Assembly: GCA_963676795.2 (NCBI GenBank)
Contig: CAXXTB010000001.1
Coordinates: 800,001-864,000, forward strand
Reading direction: 5' to 3'
DNA from: Geopsychrobacteraceae bacterium
GTDB lineage: Bacteria; Desulfobacterota; Desulfuromonadia; Desulfuromonadales; Geopsychrobacteraceae
DNA: 64,000 bases
The notes under the pieces were generated by a model. The model saw only the letters and a list, made by a program, of their open reading frames with translations, made no database searches and was not told the DNA's origin. This document shows, piece by piece, positions 8,469 through 17,348 of the stretch. The stretch's first letter is position 1, and every line of letters starts with the position of its first letter. The position numbers and the translations under genes were made by a program.

Positions 8469-9671
8469 ATGCAGAGTCCATGGTGGATAGTCGTCGGTTC
8501 TATTCTCGGACTGATGGTTGGTAATGGTCCGGTGATGCAGTTTACCTTTGGGGTGTTCTTGAAACCGATATCCCAGGATCTTGGCTGGGACAGGGGGACG
8601 ATCTCTCTGGCGTTGAATGCTGGTCTGATCGTCACCGGTGTCTTCACTCCTTTTGTCGGGCGCTTGATGGATCGTTATGGGATAAAGCTCATAGCTCTTC
8701 CCGCTATTATCTGTTTTTCCGGAGCCATCGCTGCTGCGGGCTTAACCAGAAGTTCGGCAACCTATTTCATCCTGATCTACGCAGTTATGGGCCTGTTTGC
8801 GGCAGGGCAGACCCCCTTACCGTATTCAAAGGCGATTTCTTCCTGGTTTGATCGTCAGCGCGGTCTGGCGCTTGGAGTCGCGATTTCCGGTGTCGGTCTG
8901 GGGGCTGCAGTCGTACCGAAGATAACCGGAGCGTTGATTTCTCACGTGGGCTGGAGAGGAGCTTATTTCGGCCTTGGCTTATTAACTCTGGTCATCGCTC
9001 TACCCTCTGTTGCCTTTCTGATCAGGGAGAGGCGGGTGCCCTGTTCGCAACAGCAAGGTCCACGGCCTGCCGCAGTCAAGGGTCTGAGTGGTGGTGAGGC
9101 ACTGAAAGACAGGAACTTCTGGACATTGGCCGTGGCTTTCGTCTGTGTGGCGTTGGCGGCCAACGGGGCGATTGCCCACGTCGTGCCGATGCTGACGGAT
9201 CGTGGTCTGCCACCGGCGATTGCCACGACCGCTCTGGCTACAGCAGGAGTGGCTCTGATCGCTGGCCGCCTGCTTTCCGGCTATTTACTCGATAAATTCT
9301 TCGCACCCTATATTGCGGCGATATTTTTTCTCGCGCCACTGCTCGGAATCCTGATACTGCTCAAGGCCAGCACGTCATTTACTGGCGCCCTGGGAACGGT
9401 TCTGCTCGGTGTCGGCCTCGGGGCTGAGGTGGATCTGATCGCTTTTCTGCTGACGCGCTATCTGGGGAACAGGTCCTTCGGTGAGATATACGGCTACCTG
9501 TTCGCACTCTTTATGCTCGGCTCCGGGCTTGGGCCCATGGTGATGGGGGTCTGTTTCGATATTTTTGGCAGTTACAGCCTGGCGTTGAGCTGTTTTGCCG
9601 TGGCCCTGCTGGTAGCGATAGTGCTGATGTGTCGGTTGGGGACCTACTCATTTCCGGTTGAGGTGGATTGA
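8469..9671 (+). CDS. MFS transporter (OFA/MCT-like)
   Basis: About 12 TM; GRLMDRYG motif A, WFDRQRGLALG, GYLLDK; ATG 8469 after GAGGAG. Confidence 0.88.
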   Translation: MQSPWWIVVGSILGLMVGNGPVMQFTFGVFLKPISQDLGWDRGTISLALNAGLIVTGVFTPFVGRLMDRYGIKLIALPAIICFSGAIAAAGLTRSSATYFILIYAVMGLFAAGQTPLPYSKAISSWFDRQRGLALGVAISGVGLGAAVVPKITGALISHVGWRGAYFGLGLLTLVIALPSVAFLIRERRVPCSQQQGPRPAAVKGLSGGEALKDRNFWTLAVAFVCVALAANGAIAHVVPMLTDRGLPPAIATTALATAGVALIAGRLLSGYLLDKFFAPYIAAIFFLAPLLGILILLKASTSFTGALGTVLLGVGLGAEVDLIAFLLTRYLGNRSFGEIYGYLFALFMLGSGLGPMVMGVCFDIFGSYSLALSCFAVALLVAIVLMCRLGTYSFPVEVD

Positions 9672-9785
9672 GGCCGATCAGAGGGCGCTCCGGTAAAGTT
9701 TGATGCTCAGTTCAAGTAAGAAGTTGACCTGACAGCCGCCAAGCGAGTAGGGTTGCCGGAAATTTTTTCAGATGAGGCGGGATAG

Positions 9786-10280
9786 ATGACAGAAGAACTG
9801 CAGCCGTTAAGCAAGACCAAGCTGAAGCAGCTGGCCAAAGAGATTGAAAAACTGGGGCAGCGTCTGACCGAGATGGGAGACAACCAGTTTGCCCAGCTGG
9901 AGATGCCTGATGATGTGCGCGAAGAAGTCGTACTGGCCCGGGAGACCGTCGGCCGTGGTTCACACAAGCGACAGATCAAGCACCTGGCGGGTGTATTGCG
10001 CAAGCAGGACGAGGTTGTCGAGCAGATTCAGCGTCAGCTCGATGCGCTCGATCAGGTGACCGGCGGTGAGAAACGACAGTTTCACAAACTGGAGGACCTG
10101 CGCGACCGTCTCTGCGATGCGGCGACCTTCCAGCAGGCCTTTGACGAGATGATCGAACTGGTGCCGCAGATCGACCGGAACGGCATCGCCCGCCTGGCGC
10201 GTTCTGTACAACAGCATGCGGACAAGCGCGCGGCACGGGAGATCTTCAGGCGTTTAAGGGATGAAATGGAGAAAGGGTAG
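9786..10280 (+). CDS. yjgA: Ribosome-associated maturation factor YjgA (DarP, DUF615)
   Basis: SKTKLKQ...LGQRL, HKRQIKHLAGVLR, FHKLEDLRDRL, AAREIFRRLR. Confidence 0.85.
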   Translation: MTEELQPLSKTKLKQLAKEIEKLGQRLTEMGDNQFAQLEMPDDVREEVVLARETVGRGSHKRQIKHLAGVLRKQDEVVEQIQRQLDALDQVTGGEKRQFHKLEDLRDRLCDAATFQQAFDEMIELVPQIDRNGIARLARSVQQHADKRAAREIFRRLRDEMEKG

Positions 10281-10281
10281 G

Positions 10282-10626
10282 TCAGCCGATCAGGTCGAGA
10301 GTGGTTTTGTCCATCTCGTCGGCGGTCTGTAACGCCTTGATATTGGCCCTGTAGCTGTTCTTTGTCACCGTCATGTCGGTCATCTCCTTGGCCAGGTCGA
10401 CATTGGACAGCTCTTTCATTGTCCCATCTTCCTGCATGACCATGGTTCCCGGGGTGTTAACCTGCTGGACCTTGGCGCTGACCCCGCCATTCTGATTCTC
10501 TTCCAGAACCGTTCTCGATTTTTTAAACTCTTCGGATTCTGTGTTGGCGACATTGTTCGCGCTGACCGACTGTCTGGTGCTCAGCGACCAGAGCGCTGAA
10601 AGGCTGGCATCAACTGATAGTGACAT
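10282..10626 (-). CDS. Short flagellar basal-body rod (FlgC-like) domain protein
   Basis: SANNVANTES N-terminal motif and SNVDLAKEMTDM...YRANIKAL C-terminal motif; sigma70-like TTGACT-N18-TAAAAT upstream. Confidence 0.8.
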   Translation of the reverse strand: MSLSVDASLSALWSLSTRQSVSANNVANTESEEFKKSRTVLEENQNGGVSAKVQQVNTPGTMVMQEDGTMKELSNVDLAKEMTDMTVTKNSYRANIKALQTADEMDKTTLDLIG

Positions 10627-10783
10627 AATATCCTCCACTTTCAGGTGATTTTAGCGCAGGACATAAAATTAAGTCAACGTTAATGTTTTTTTGCTAATAC
10701 TTCTGTCCTAATTGTTTGTTTTTTGTAAAAAATCCCGTGTACAGATGACCGGCGTTTTAGAATTTCTCTTCTTCTGGAGAGGT

Positions 10784-11698
10784 TCAGCTTGAAAAAAACT
10801 CCCTGATATCCCAACCGATCCGTTCAGCCGCTTCCGCCGCTTCATCAAGGGGGCCGACGAACATGACGAAATCGTGGACCAGTCCGTCATAGTGGCGCTG
10901 TCTGACGGCGACGCCGGCCGCTTTGAGCCGTTCACCGTATTCAAGCGCTTCGGCGGCCAGCGGGTCGAGTTCAGCCGTGATGATCGTCGCCGGTGGCAGG
11001 CCACTGAAGTCTGCTGCGAGCAGCGGCGAGAGCAGCGGGTTGCTGCCGTCATCCTCAGCTCTGAAGTAGTAACCGCGGAAGGTGCGGCTGTTTCTGGTTG
11101 AAAGGATGATTTCGGTGATCGGTTCGATCTTTTTGGCGAGATCGGTCTGCTGGTCGAGCAGCGGACAGATCAGCGCCTGGTAGCTTGGCGTGAAATCCTT
11201 GCGTTCGCGGGCCAGCAGGCAGAGGGCCGCGGCCAGGTTGCCACCGGCGCTGTCGCCGGCGATGACCAGTTGGTCCGCACGAATATTGAGGGCGATGTCG
11301 TTATCGAGCAGCCATGTGCCGATGGCATAGCACTCCTCCAGGGCGGTCGGAAACTTGTGCTCCGGGGCAAGCCGGTAATCTACACTGACCAGCACTGCAG
11401 TCGCAACCCTGGCAATGATGCGGCAGGCGTTGTCCGACAGGTCGGGGTCGCCGACGCAGAAGCCGCCGCCATGCATGTAGAGGATGACCGGGAAGGGCCC
11501 CGGCCCTTCGGGTGTGTAGATCCTGACCTTTGAGCTGCCGAACCCGGTCTCTACAGTGACATCATCGACAGTGCCGGGGAAGGGGACCTTGACCGCGCGC
11601 CGGACCTTGCTGTTCATGATCTCTCTGGCGCGGACGATATCCTCAACCGGCAACGGCTTGGCGTTAGCAAACGCCTGGGCAAATGTTTTTTTATCCAT
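10784..11698 (-). CDS. Alpha/beta hydrolase, HSL-family esterase
   Basis: HGGGF, VDYRLAPEHKFP, GDSAGG, ELDPL, HDF. Confidence 0.92.
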   Translation of the reverse strand: MDKKTFAQAFANAKPLPVEDIVRAREIMNSKVRRAVKVPFPGTVDDVTVETGFGSSKVRIYTPEGPGPFPVILYMHGGGFCVGDPDLSDNACRIIARVATAVLVSVDYRLAPEHKFPTALEECYAIGTWLLDNDIALNIRADQLVIAGDSAGGNLAAALCLLARERKDFTPSYQALICPLLDQQTDLAKKIEPITEIILSTRNSRTFRGYYFRAEDDGSNPLLSPLLAADFSGLPPATIITAELDPLAAEALEYGERLKAAGVAVRQRHYDGLVHDFVMFVGPLDEAAEAAERIGWDIREFFSS

Positions 11699-11729
11699 AA
11701 TCCTGATTGTTTCGGGCTGTCGTCTGTTT

Positions 11730-12932
11730 TTAGTTCTTGTCCATCAGTTCGCTCAACTGTTCGCAGATGTGGGTTGCAATCGGCATCGCCGAGGTCGCCG
11801 CCGGTGACGGCGCATTGCCGACGATCAGGCTGCGTTCCCCCTTGACGAAGAGGAAATCGTCAAGGGTTGTCCCGTCAGCCCGAACCGCCTGAGCGCGTAC
11901 CCCGGAGGGGTAGGGGCGCAGATCCTCGAGGCGGATCTGCGGGCAGTAGCGCTGGACCATTTTCAGGTAACCGGGACGGTAGAGGGAATTCTTCAGTTCG
12001 ACCAGGGTCGGCAGCGGGTACTTCTTGATCAGCTTGTAGAGTCCTGAGTAGCTGAGCATCTCGGTCATATCCCTGAGGCTGATCTTCCAGCGTGTGTAGC
12101 CTTCGCGGGCAAAGGCCAGGGTGGCGTTGGGGCCGACGGTCAGGGATCCGTCGCTCATCGGTGTCAGGTGAATACCCAAAAACGGCAGCTCCGGGTTGGG
12201 GATAGGGTAGATCGCGTGAGTGACGATGTTGCGCTTGTCGACCGGCAGCTGGAAATATTCGCCACGAAACGGGATGATTTTGAAGCTCGGCTGCTGGCCG
12301 AGCATACGCACCAGCTTATCGGAATGCAGACCCGCGCAGCCGACCAGGTAGTTGCCGCTGAAGTTGCCCAGCGAGGTCTTGACCAGCAGCTGCGGTTTTT
12401 CGCGCAGTTCTAACACCTGGCAGTTGGTGTGGATTTCGCCGCCGTCGGCGACCAGCTGTTCGGCCAGCTTGGCGGTGATCCTGGTGAAATCGACGATCCC
12501 GGTCGAAGGCACCCAGACGCCGCCGACGCCGATGACATTCGGCTCGCGCTCCTTGAGTTGTTTCATATCGAGGGTTTCGGTTTCGATCTGGTTGATGCGG
12601 CAGCGCTCGAGCAGTTCCTGCATCCGTTCCAGCTCTTTCGCATCGGTGGCGACCAGCAGCTTGCCGACGTTGCGGTAGGGGATGCCGTGTTCGTCGCAGA
12701 ACTGTTTGGTGGCGATGTTCCCTTCGCGACAGAACTGAGCCTTCAGGCTGCCCGGCGCGTAGTAGACACCGGCGTGGATGACGCCACTGTTATGCCCGGT
12801 CTGGTGCATCGCCAGGCGCTGCTCTTTTTCCAGAACCGCAACGGAACAGCCATTGAACTGCTGTTGCAGCTGTCGTGCTGTCGCCAGGCCGATGATGCCC
12901 CCGCCGATGATGATGAAATCGTAGTTTTTCAT
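11730..12932 (-). CDS. lhgO: L-2-hydroxyglutarate oxidase/dehydrogenase
   Basis: IIGGGIIG, HQTGHNSGVIHAGVYY, PFRGEY, PFLGIHLT, SGVRAQA, NAPSPAATS. Confidence 0.9.
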   Translation of the reverse strand: MKNYDFIIIGGGIIGLATARQLQQQFNGCSVAVLEKEQRLAMHQTGHNSGVIHAGVYYAPGSLKAQFCREGNIATKQFCDEHGIPYRNVGKLLVATDAKELERMQELLERCRINQIETETLDMKQLKEREPNVIGVGGVWVPSTGIVDFTRITAKLAEQLVADGGEIHTNCQVLELREKPQLLVKTSLGNFSGNYLVGCAGLHSDKLVRMLGQQPSFKIIPFRGEYFQLPVDKRNIVTHAIYPIPNPELPFLGIHLTPMSDGSLTVGPNATLAFAREGYTRWKISLRDMTEMLSYSGLYKLIKKYPLPTLVELKNSLYRPGYLKMVQRYCPQIRLEDLRPYPSGVRAQAVRADGTTLDDFLFVKGERSLIVGNAPSPAATSAMPIATHICEQLSELMDKN

Positions 12933-12933
12933 G

Positions 12934-13419
12934 TCAGTTCCCTTCGGAAGACCATCTGTTTTCGTCCAGCCAGCCGCGTTCCAGCAAGGCATAGACTCCG
13001 ATCAGTATCGCTTCTGCGGTGTCGTGGCGCAAGTGGGGGGCACGTTTTTCTCCCAGGATCTCTATCGCCAGGCGGGCCAGTTGTTCAGCACTCTGTTTGG
13101 CAACGGCGGTCGATCTGTGCTGGCGGTCGTAGAGCAATCTGCGCCGCCAGGTTGCGGCCTGAAACTGTTGGTAAGGGGTGTGGCGGCGCTGTGCCTCCTT
13201 GCTCCAGATTTCCGCCAGCTGTCCGCCGCCTTCGAGGACGATACTGAACGGCAGGGGCAGTTCCCGCAGCAGTCCGTAGACGAAGCGCTTTAACACCGCC
13301 GGGGTCGGCAGGTGATGGGAACGGTACCAGATCAGCCTGGGGGACGAGTCGAACAGGGCCAGTCCGGTCTTGAGACCGCAATCGACACAGAGCAGGTATT
13401 CAGTCTGGTTCGTCGACAT
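12934..13419 (-). CDS. Hypothetical protein, predicted RNase H/RuvC-like fold
   Basis: LCVDCGLKTGLA (first-strand Asp), IVLEG (Glu), HDTAEAILIG (C-terminal acidic helix). Confidence 0.6.
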   Translation of the reverse strand: MSTNQTEYLLCVDCGLKTGLALFDSSPRLIWYRSHHLPTPAVLKRFVYGLLRELPLPFSIVLEGGGQLAEIWSKEAQRRHTPYQQFQAATWRRRLLYDRQHRSTAVAKQSAEQLARLAIEILGEKRAPHLRHDTAEAILIGVYALLERGWLDENRWSSEGN

Positions 13420-15214
13420 GGCGATAGCTGAACTTGGCCTGTTCCATCTGTTCGGCGTAGTGGGCCAGCAGGGTCCGGCGCGAGAGCATATAGAGAACCT
13501 TATTCGGAGACTCCTTGGCGACGACCGGGATCTCTTCCAGGTTGCGTTCGGTCAGCTTCTTCATCGCCCGGTTGAGCTGTTCATCCTCGGTGGTTGACAC
13601 CACGTGGCGGGTGGCGATGTCGCTGGCCACAACCAGGGTCGGCGGAATATCCTCGTTGAGAATGCGGCGGATATCGTTGATCGAGAAGATGCCGGTCATC
13701 TCGTCGGCGTCGTTGACGATCGGGTAGTAGGCGGTCGAGGCATTGGCGATCTGGTCGAGGATCTGCGGCAGCGGGGTCCCCTCGTGGATCAGCAGCGGTT
13801 TGATCCCTTTGCGCCTCAGGTCGCCGACGACGATCCCCTCCAGTACATCGACGATGAAGTCACCCAGGTGAGCCGGGGAGTCGAAGCGGTTAGCGACCTG
13901 CTTTTCGTAGATGCTGTTCTTGCGCATGATCAGCATCGCCATGACGCAGACCAGCATCAGCGGGGCGAGCAGGCCGTAGTTGCCGGTCAGCTCGCTGACC
14001 ATGATCAGGGTCGCAACCGGGGCGTTGGCCACCCCGGCGAAGAAGCCGGCCATGCCGACCAGCACGTAGGCGCGCGGATCCTGGGTCAGGGCGGGGAAGA
14101 GCAGCTCCGCGGTCGCGCCGAAGGTGCCGCCGAGCATGGCGCCGATGACCAGGCTCGGGGCAAAGACGCCGCCGGAACCACCCGACGAGATGGTCAGGCT
14201 GGTGGCGACAACCTTGGCAATGGCGATGACCAGCATGATCCACAGCGCCATCTTGCCGTAGAGCGCGGCCTGGACCCAGCCGTAGCCTGAACCGAGTACC
14301 TGCGGAACCAACATTGCCAGGCAACCGAGCAGCAGTCCGCCGATAGCCGGTTTGAGCCAGTTCGGCAGGGGCAGCTTGCGGAACAGATCGCGCATGCCGT
14401 AGAAGGTCCTGACGTAGAGCACGCCGAACAGCGCGCAGATGATCGCCAGCGCCAGGTAGAGCAGCAGTTCGGCCGGCTGTTCGAAGCTGAAGTGGGGGGT
14501 GCGCAGCAGTGGTTCCCAGCCGGTGACGGCGCCGAACAGGGAATAGGCGATGATCGAGGAGATGATGCAGGGGATCAGCCCTTCGTGTTCGAATTCAGGG
14601 TCGCGGTAGAGCACCTCGACGGCGAACAGCGCGCCGCCCAAGGGGGAGCGGAAGGTCGCGCCGATCCCGCCGGCCATGCCGGCAAGCAGCAGGATGCGCC
14701 GGTCCATGACCGATAGGCCGAGTTTGGTGGCGACAAAGGAGCCGAAACCGGCGCCGATCTGGGCGATCGGGCCTTCGCGCCCGGCGCTTCCGCCGGTACC
14801 GATGGTGATCATCGAGGCGATGGTTTTGACCAGCGGAACCCGCTTGCGGATCACTCCTCCCTTGCGGTGAAAGGCTTCAATCGCTCCGTCGGTGCCGTGT
14901 CCTTCCGCTTCCGGAGCGAATTTGTAGACCAGCCAGCCGGAGCACAGGCCACCCAGGGCCGGCAGCACAAACAGGAACCAGCGATGCGGAACCTTCAGGC
15001 TGTCAATCATCTGGGAAAAGGCCGATTCAGGCGATCCTTCCAGAGGCGGGTGGAATCTGCCGAACTGTCCCAGCACCAGGTGTTCGATACCGTTGGTGGC
15101 AAAGTAGAAGATCAGTGCCCCGCAGCCGGAAACGATGCCGACCAGCACGGCCAGGACCAGCAGTCGGAAACCCGAGCGGTCGAGGTAGCGAAGAATGTCC
15201 GGAACAAAAGGCAT
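13400..15214 (-). CDS. ClC chloride channel/transporter with CBS domains
   Basis: GHGTD, GGSAGREGP, GGVFAP, SIYE, C-terminal CBS pair; start MPFVPD. Confidence 0.9.
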   Translation of the reverse strand: MPFVPDILRYLDRSGFRLLVLAVLVGIVSGCGALIFYFATNGIEHLVLGQFGRFHPPLEGSPESAFSQMIDSLKVPHRWFLFVLPALGGLCSGWLVYKFAPEAEGHGTDGAIEAFHRKGGVIRKRVPLVKTIASMITIGTGGSAGREGPIAQIGAGFGSFVATKLGLSVMDRRILLLAGMAGGIGATFRSPLGGALFAVEVLYRDPEFEHEGLIPCIISSIIAYSLFGAVTGWEPLLRTPHFSFEQPAELLLYLALAIICALFGVLYVRTFYGMRDLFRKLPLPNWLKPAIGGLLLGCLAMLVPQVLGSGYGWVQAALYGKMALWIMLVIAIAKVVATSLTISSGGSGGVFAPSLVIGAMLGGTFGATAELLFPALTQDPRAYVLVGMAGFFAGVANAPVATLIMVSELTGNYGLLAPLMLVCVMAMLIMRKNSIYEKQVANRFDSPAHLGDFIVDVLEGIVVGDLRRKGIKPLLIHEGTPLPQILDQIANASTAYYPIVNDADEMTGIFSINDIRRILNEDIPPTLVVASDIATRHVVSTTEDEQLNRAMKKLTERNLEEIPVVAKESPNKVLYMLSRRTLLAHYAEQMEQAKFSYRHVDEPD

Positions 15215-15258
15215 GGTAGATATTTTTCCAGTATGTGTATCTGATTCACAATGTATTT

Positions 15259-15353
15259 CCTTCTCCCTGAGGGAGAAGGTGCCCGAAGGGCGGATGAGGG
15301 GGCTTTCGGACGAGTTTCCTCTCACCCTGGCCCTCTCCCCGGGGGAGAGGGAA
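15259..15353. repeat. BoxC-like palindromic intergenic repeat (two half-elements)
   Basis: CCTTCTCCC-TGA-GGGAGAAGG, GCCCGAAGGGC, then CTCACCCTGGCCCTCTCCC...GGAGAGGG. Confidence 0.65.
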
Positions 15354-15368
15354 GATAGTTCTGGCAGC

Positions 15369-16427
15369 TTAACCCGTAAAGCGCGGCTTGAGAAACTGCT
15401 GGTAGAGCTTCTGGGCGATCTGGTCGCTGTCGCTGCCGTTCAGTTCAGCGAAGATCAACAGCGGATCGGCCATGGTCAGCCCTGGCGGCTGCATGCCGCT
15501 CCAGTGACACTGCCGGCCGAAGCTCTTGAGCAGGGTGACCGGTCCGTCCGGATCGGGAATCAGGTGCAGCTGGAGCATGGTTTTCAGTTGCTGTTCCTCA
15601 TCCAGGTAGAGGGTGGCCGTCTGCGCTTCGAAGCCGCCGCTCATCAGCTGGGCTCCCAGCTCACCGCCGATCAGGATCTGGCGCCCTTCTCCGAGGGTTC
15701 TGATCTGCTCGGCGATCTGACTTGCCCCTTGACCTGTGGCAAGGCGGCAACGCTCCAGGAAAAGTTTCGGCCGCAGCGCTTCCAGGTAACCGAGCTGCCA
15801 GCGCTGCAGCAGCTCTTCTGCGGCGTTGAGCTGGCGGCTGCCATCCTTATTTCTGGACAGGTTGCCGCGTTTTTCCAGTTCGCCAAACAGGCTGCCGATG
15901 GCGCCGAGGGCGATATCGGCGTCTTCGGCCAGGGTCCGGTAGGTGGCATTGACCCCCTGCGGGCTGCGCAGCAGCTGGTAGATCAGTTTCAGTCCGGCCG
16001 TGCGGAACAGGCGGTCAGCTGTCGGTGCCTTAGGCATGTGCTTCTGGCCGGTGATTTCGATATAGAGCGGTATCTGGCTGAGAAAGAGGTTGCCGGCACA
16101 GTCGGCGTACTCGATCCCCTTCTCCTTGAACAGCGTTGCCAGGCGCGGCGAGATGTAGTGGCTGACCAGCAGGGGCTTGGCATTCTGCGGTGCCGGCGAG
16201 GTCTTGATCTGATGAATGACCAGGTCAGCCAGGGTTGGTGTCAGTTTCGGCACGACCTTGATGTAGTAGTAGAATTCTCCCCAGGGGCCAGAGAGCCGAA
16301 AGGTTCCGGCAAAGGGACCTCCGACCTTTTTCAGCATAAATTCAATCTTTGCCTGCGGGATGCCGCGGATCGCCTTCATGCTGTCATAGATAATCTGCTC
16401 ATCTTTCAGTAGCGTCTGTCTGGCCAT
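15369..16427 (-). CDS. Type IV TA AbiEi-like antitoxin/transcriptional regulator (AbiEi_2-like)
   Basis: GIEYADCAGNLFL, HTH TYRTLAEDADIALGAIGSLFGELEKRG, IGGELGA, ADPLLIFAEL. Confidence 0.65.
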   Translation of the reverse strand: MARQTLLKDEQIIYDSMKAIRGIPQAKIEFMLKKVGGPFAGTFRLSGPWGEFYYYIKVVPKLTPTLADLVIHQIKTSPAPQNAKPLLVSHYISPRLATLFKEKGIEYADCAGNLFLSQIPLYIEITGQKHMPKAPTADRLFRTAGLKLIYQLLRSPQGVNATYRTLAEDADIALGAIGSLFGELEKRGNLSRNKDGSRQLNAAEELLQRWQLGYLEALRPKLFLERCRLATGQGASQIAEQIRTLGEGRQILIGGELGAQLMSGGFEAQTATLYLDEEQQLKTMLQLHLIPDPDGPVTLLKSFGRQCHWSGMQPPGLTMADPLLIFAELNGSDSDQIAQKLYQQFLKPRFTG

Positions 16428-16445
16428 ATTTATAGCGCTCTCCTG

Positions 16446-16515
16446 TGTTCATTAAAATGAAATAGTTCAACAAAGTCGGTATTTTTTAATATTGAACAGG
16501 ACGTCTCCCTTGTCA
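16446..16515 (-). promoter_or_regulatory. Promoter of the AbiEi-like gene with inverted TGTTCA/TGAACA repeats
   Basis: Minus strand TTGACA-N17-AATATT; TGTTCATTAAAA at 16446 opposite TTTTAATATTGAACA ending at 16498. Confidence 0.4.
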
Positions 16516-16692
16516 AGATTGAAACCTGGTCAGGAAGATTTACTGACCGGGTTGAAACAATAACTCTGTCCGGACATCATTTCCTGACCTTCTGCTAATC
16601 TTGTAAACACAGAGGGGATCTAATCTCTCGGCTATGAGTCAGCCAGTGGCCACAGTTCTGGTGGACTCTGAGTCCGGCGATAAATAAGAAAT

Positions 16693-16713
16693 AGAGAAGA
16701 GAGAAGAGAGAAG
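16693..16713 (+). repeat. Heptamer tandem repeat (AGAGAAG)x3
   Basis: Directly visible, 5 nt before ATG 16719. Confidence 0.7.
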
Positions 16714-16718
16714 AAAAG

Positions 16719-17108
16719 ATGGATGACCATATCGATTTGAACCTGTGCACCTCGATTGTTTCAGACATTCCTCGTGAGTCGGTGCGCGAGTTGCTCGAAT
16801 TTGCTGAAACAGCGCCGATAGAGATCGTCAGCAGCACCTGCGAGGGGCTGACAATCATGCAGGTCCTGGATGTTTTTGACAGTGAATTCGGCCTCAGTGA
16901 AGTGCTCGACAGCAAGGCCGAAGTGACCCTGGAAGGGCGCCGTGGTTTCGCCATGCTTCCGGGCGATGAGCCGGAGCGTTCCCTGGCCCAGGCCTGCGTC
17001 AAGGTCCTGCTGGCCAGTAATGATCTGAAACTCAAAGCCCGGGCGGAAAAGCTGTTGCAGCGCGAGTGGGACGATAATAAGCGGGGTGTCCTGTACAACG
17101 CCTGCTAG
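16719..17108 (+). CDS. PhnG-like protein (C-P lyase subunit family), standalone
   Basis: EGLTIMQVLDVFDSEFGLSEVLDSKAEVTLEGRRGFAMLPGDEPERSLAQA resembles the PhnG 'GLVM..F.LGEVLV...V.L....G.....G' pattern. Confidence 0.55.
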   Translation: MDDHIDLNLCTSIVSDIPRESVRELLEFAETAPIEIVSSTCEGLTIMQVLDVFDSEFGLSEVLDSKAEVTLEGRRGFAMLPGDEPERSLAQACVKVLLASNDLKLKARAEKLLQREWDDNKRGVLYNAC

Positions 17109-17348
17109 CGAGACTGCCGGTTGAGCATTGCCTCTGTCGATCGGTTTCCCTTTGACCGTTCCTGTCTTGTGGATCGGAGCGTGAGAACTTACTTCCTTCC
17201 GATCCTGCCTGTTATAGATAAAGTGCTGTGTCCTGCCGTATAGGTGCGCCTTATGACCAGTCTCTTGCTTTTTGTTGATTCCTGGTGTCAACTAGAGACC
17301 AAGTTTTTCCGCGGCAATATCGGATTGTGGTAATCATGGGAGGTGGAG

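Noticed and set aside
15195..16412. 405-aa plus-strand ORF, and the 37-aa N-terminal extension of the ClC to 15325
   Set aside because: Antisense shadow of the AbiEi-like gene and read-through of the palindromic repeat
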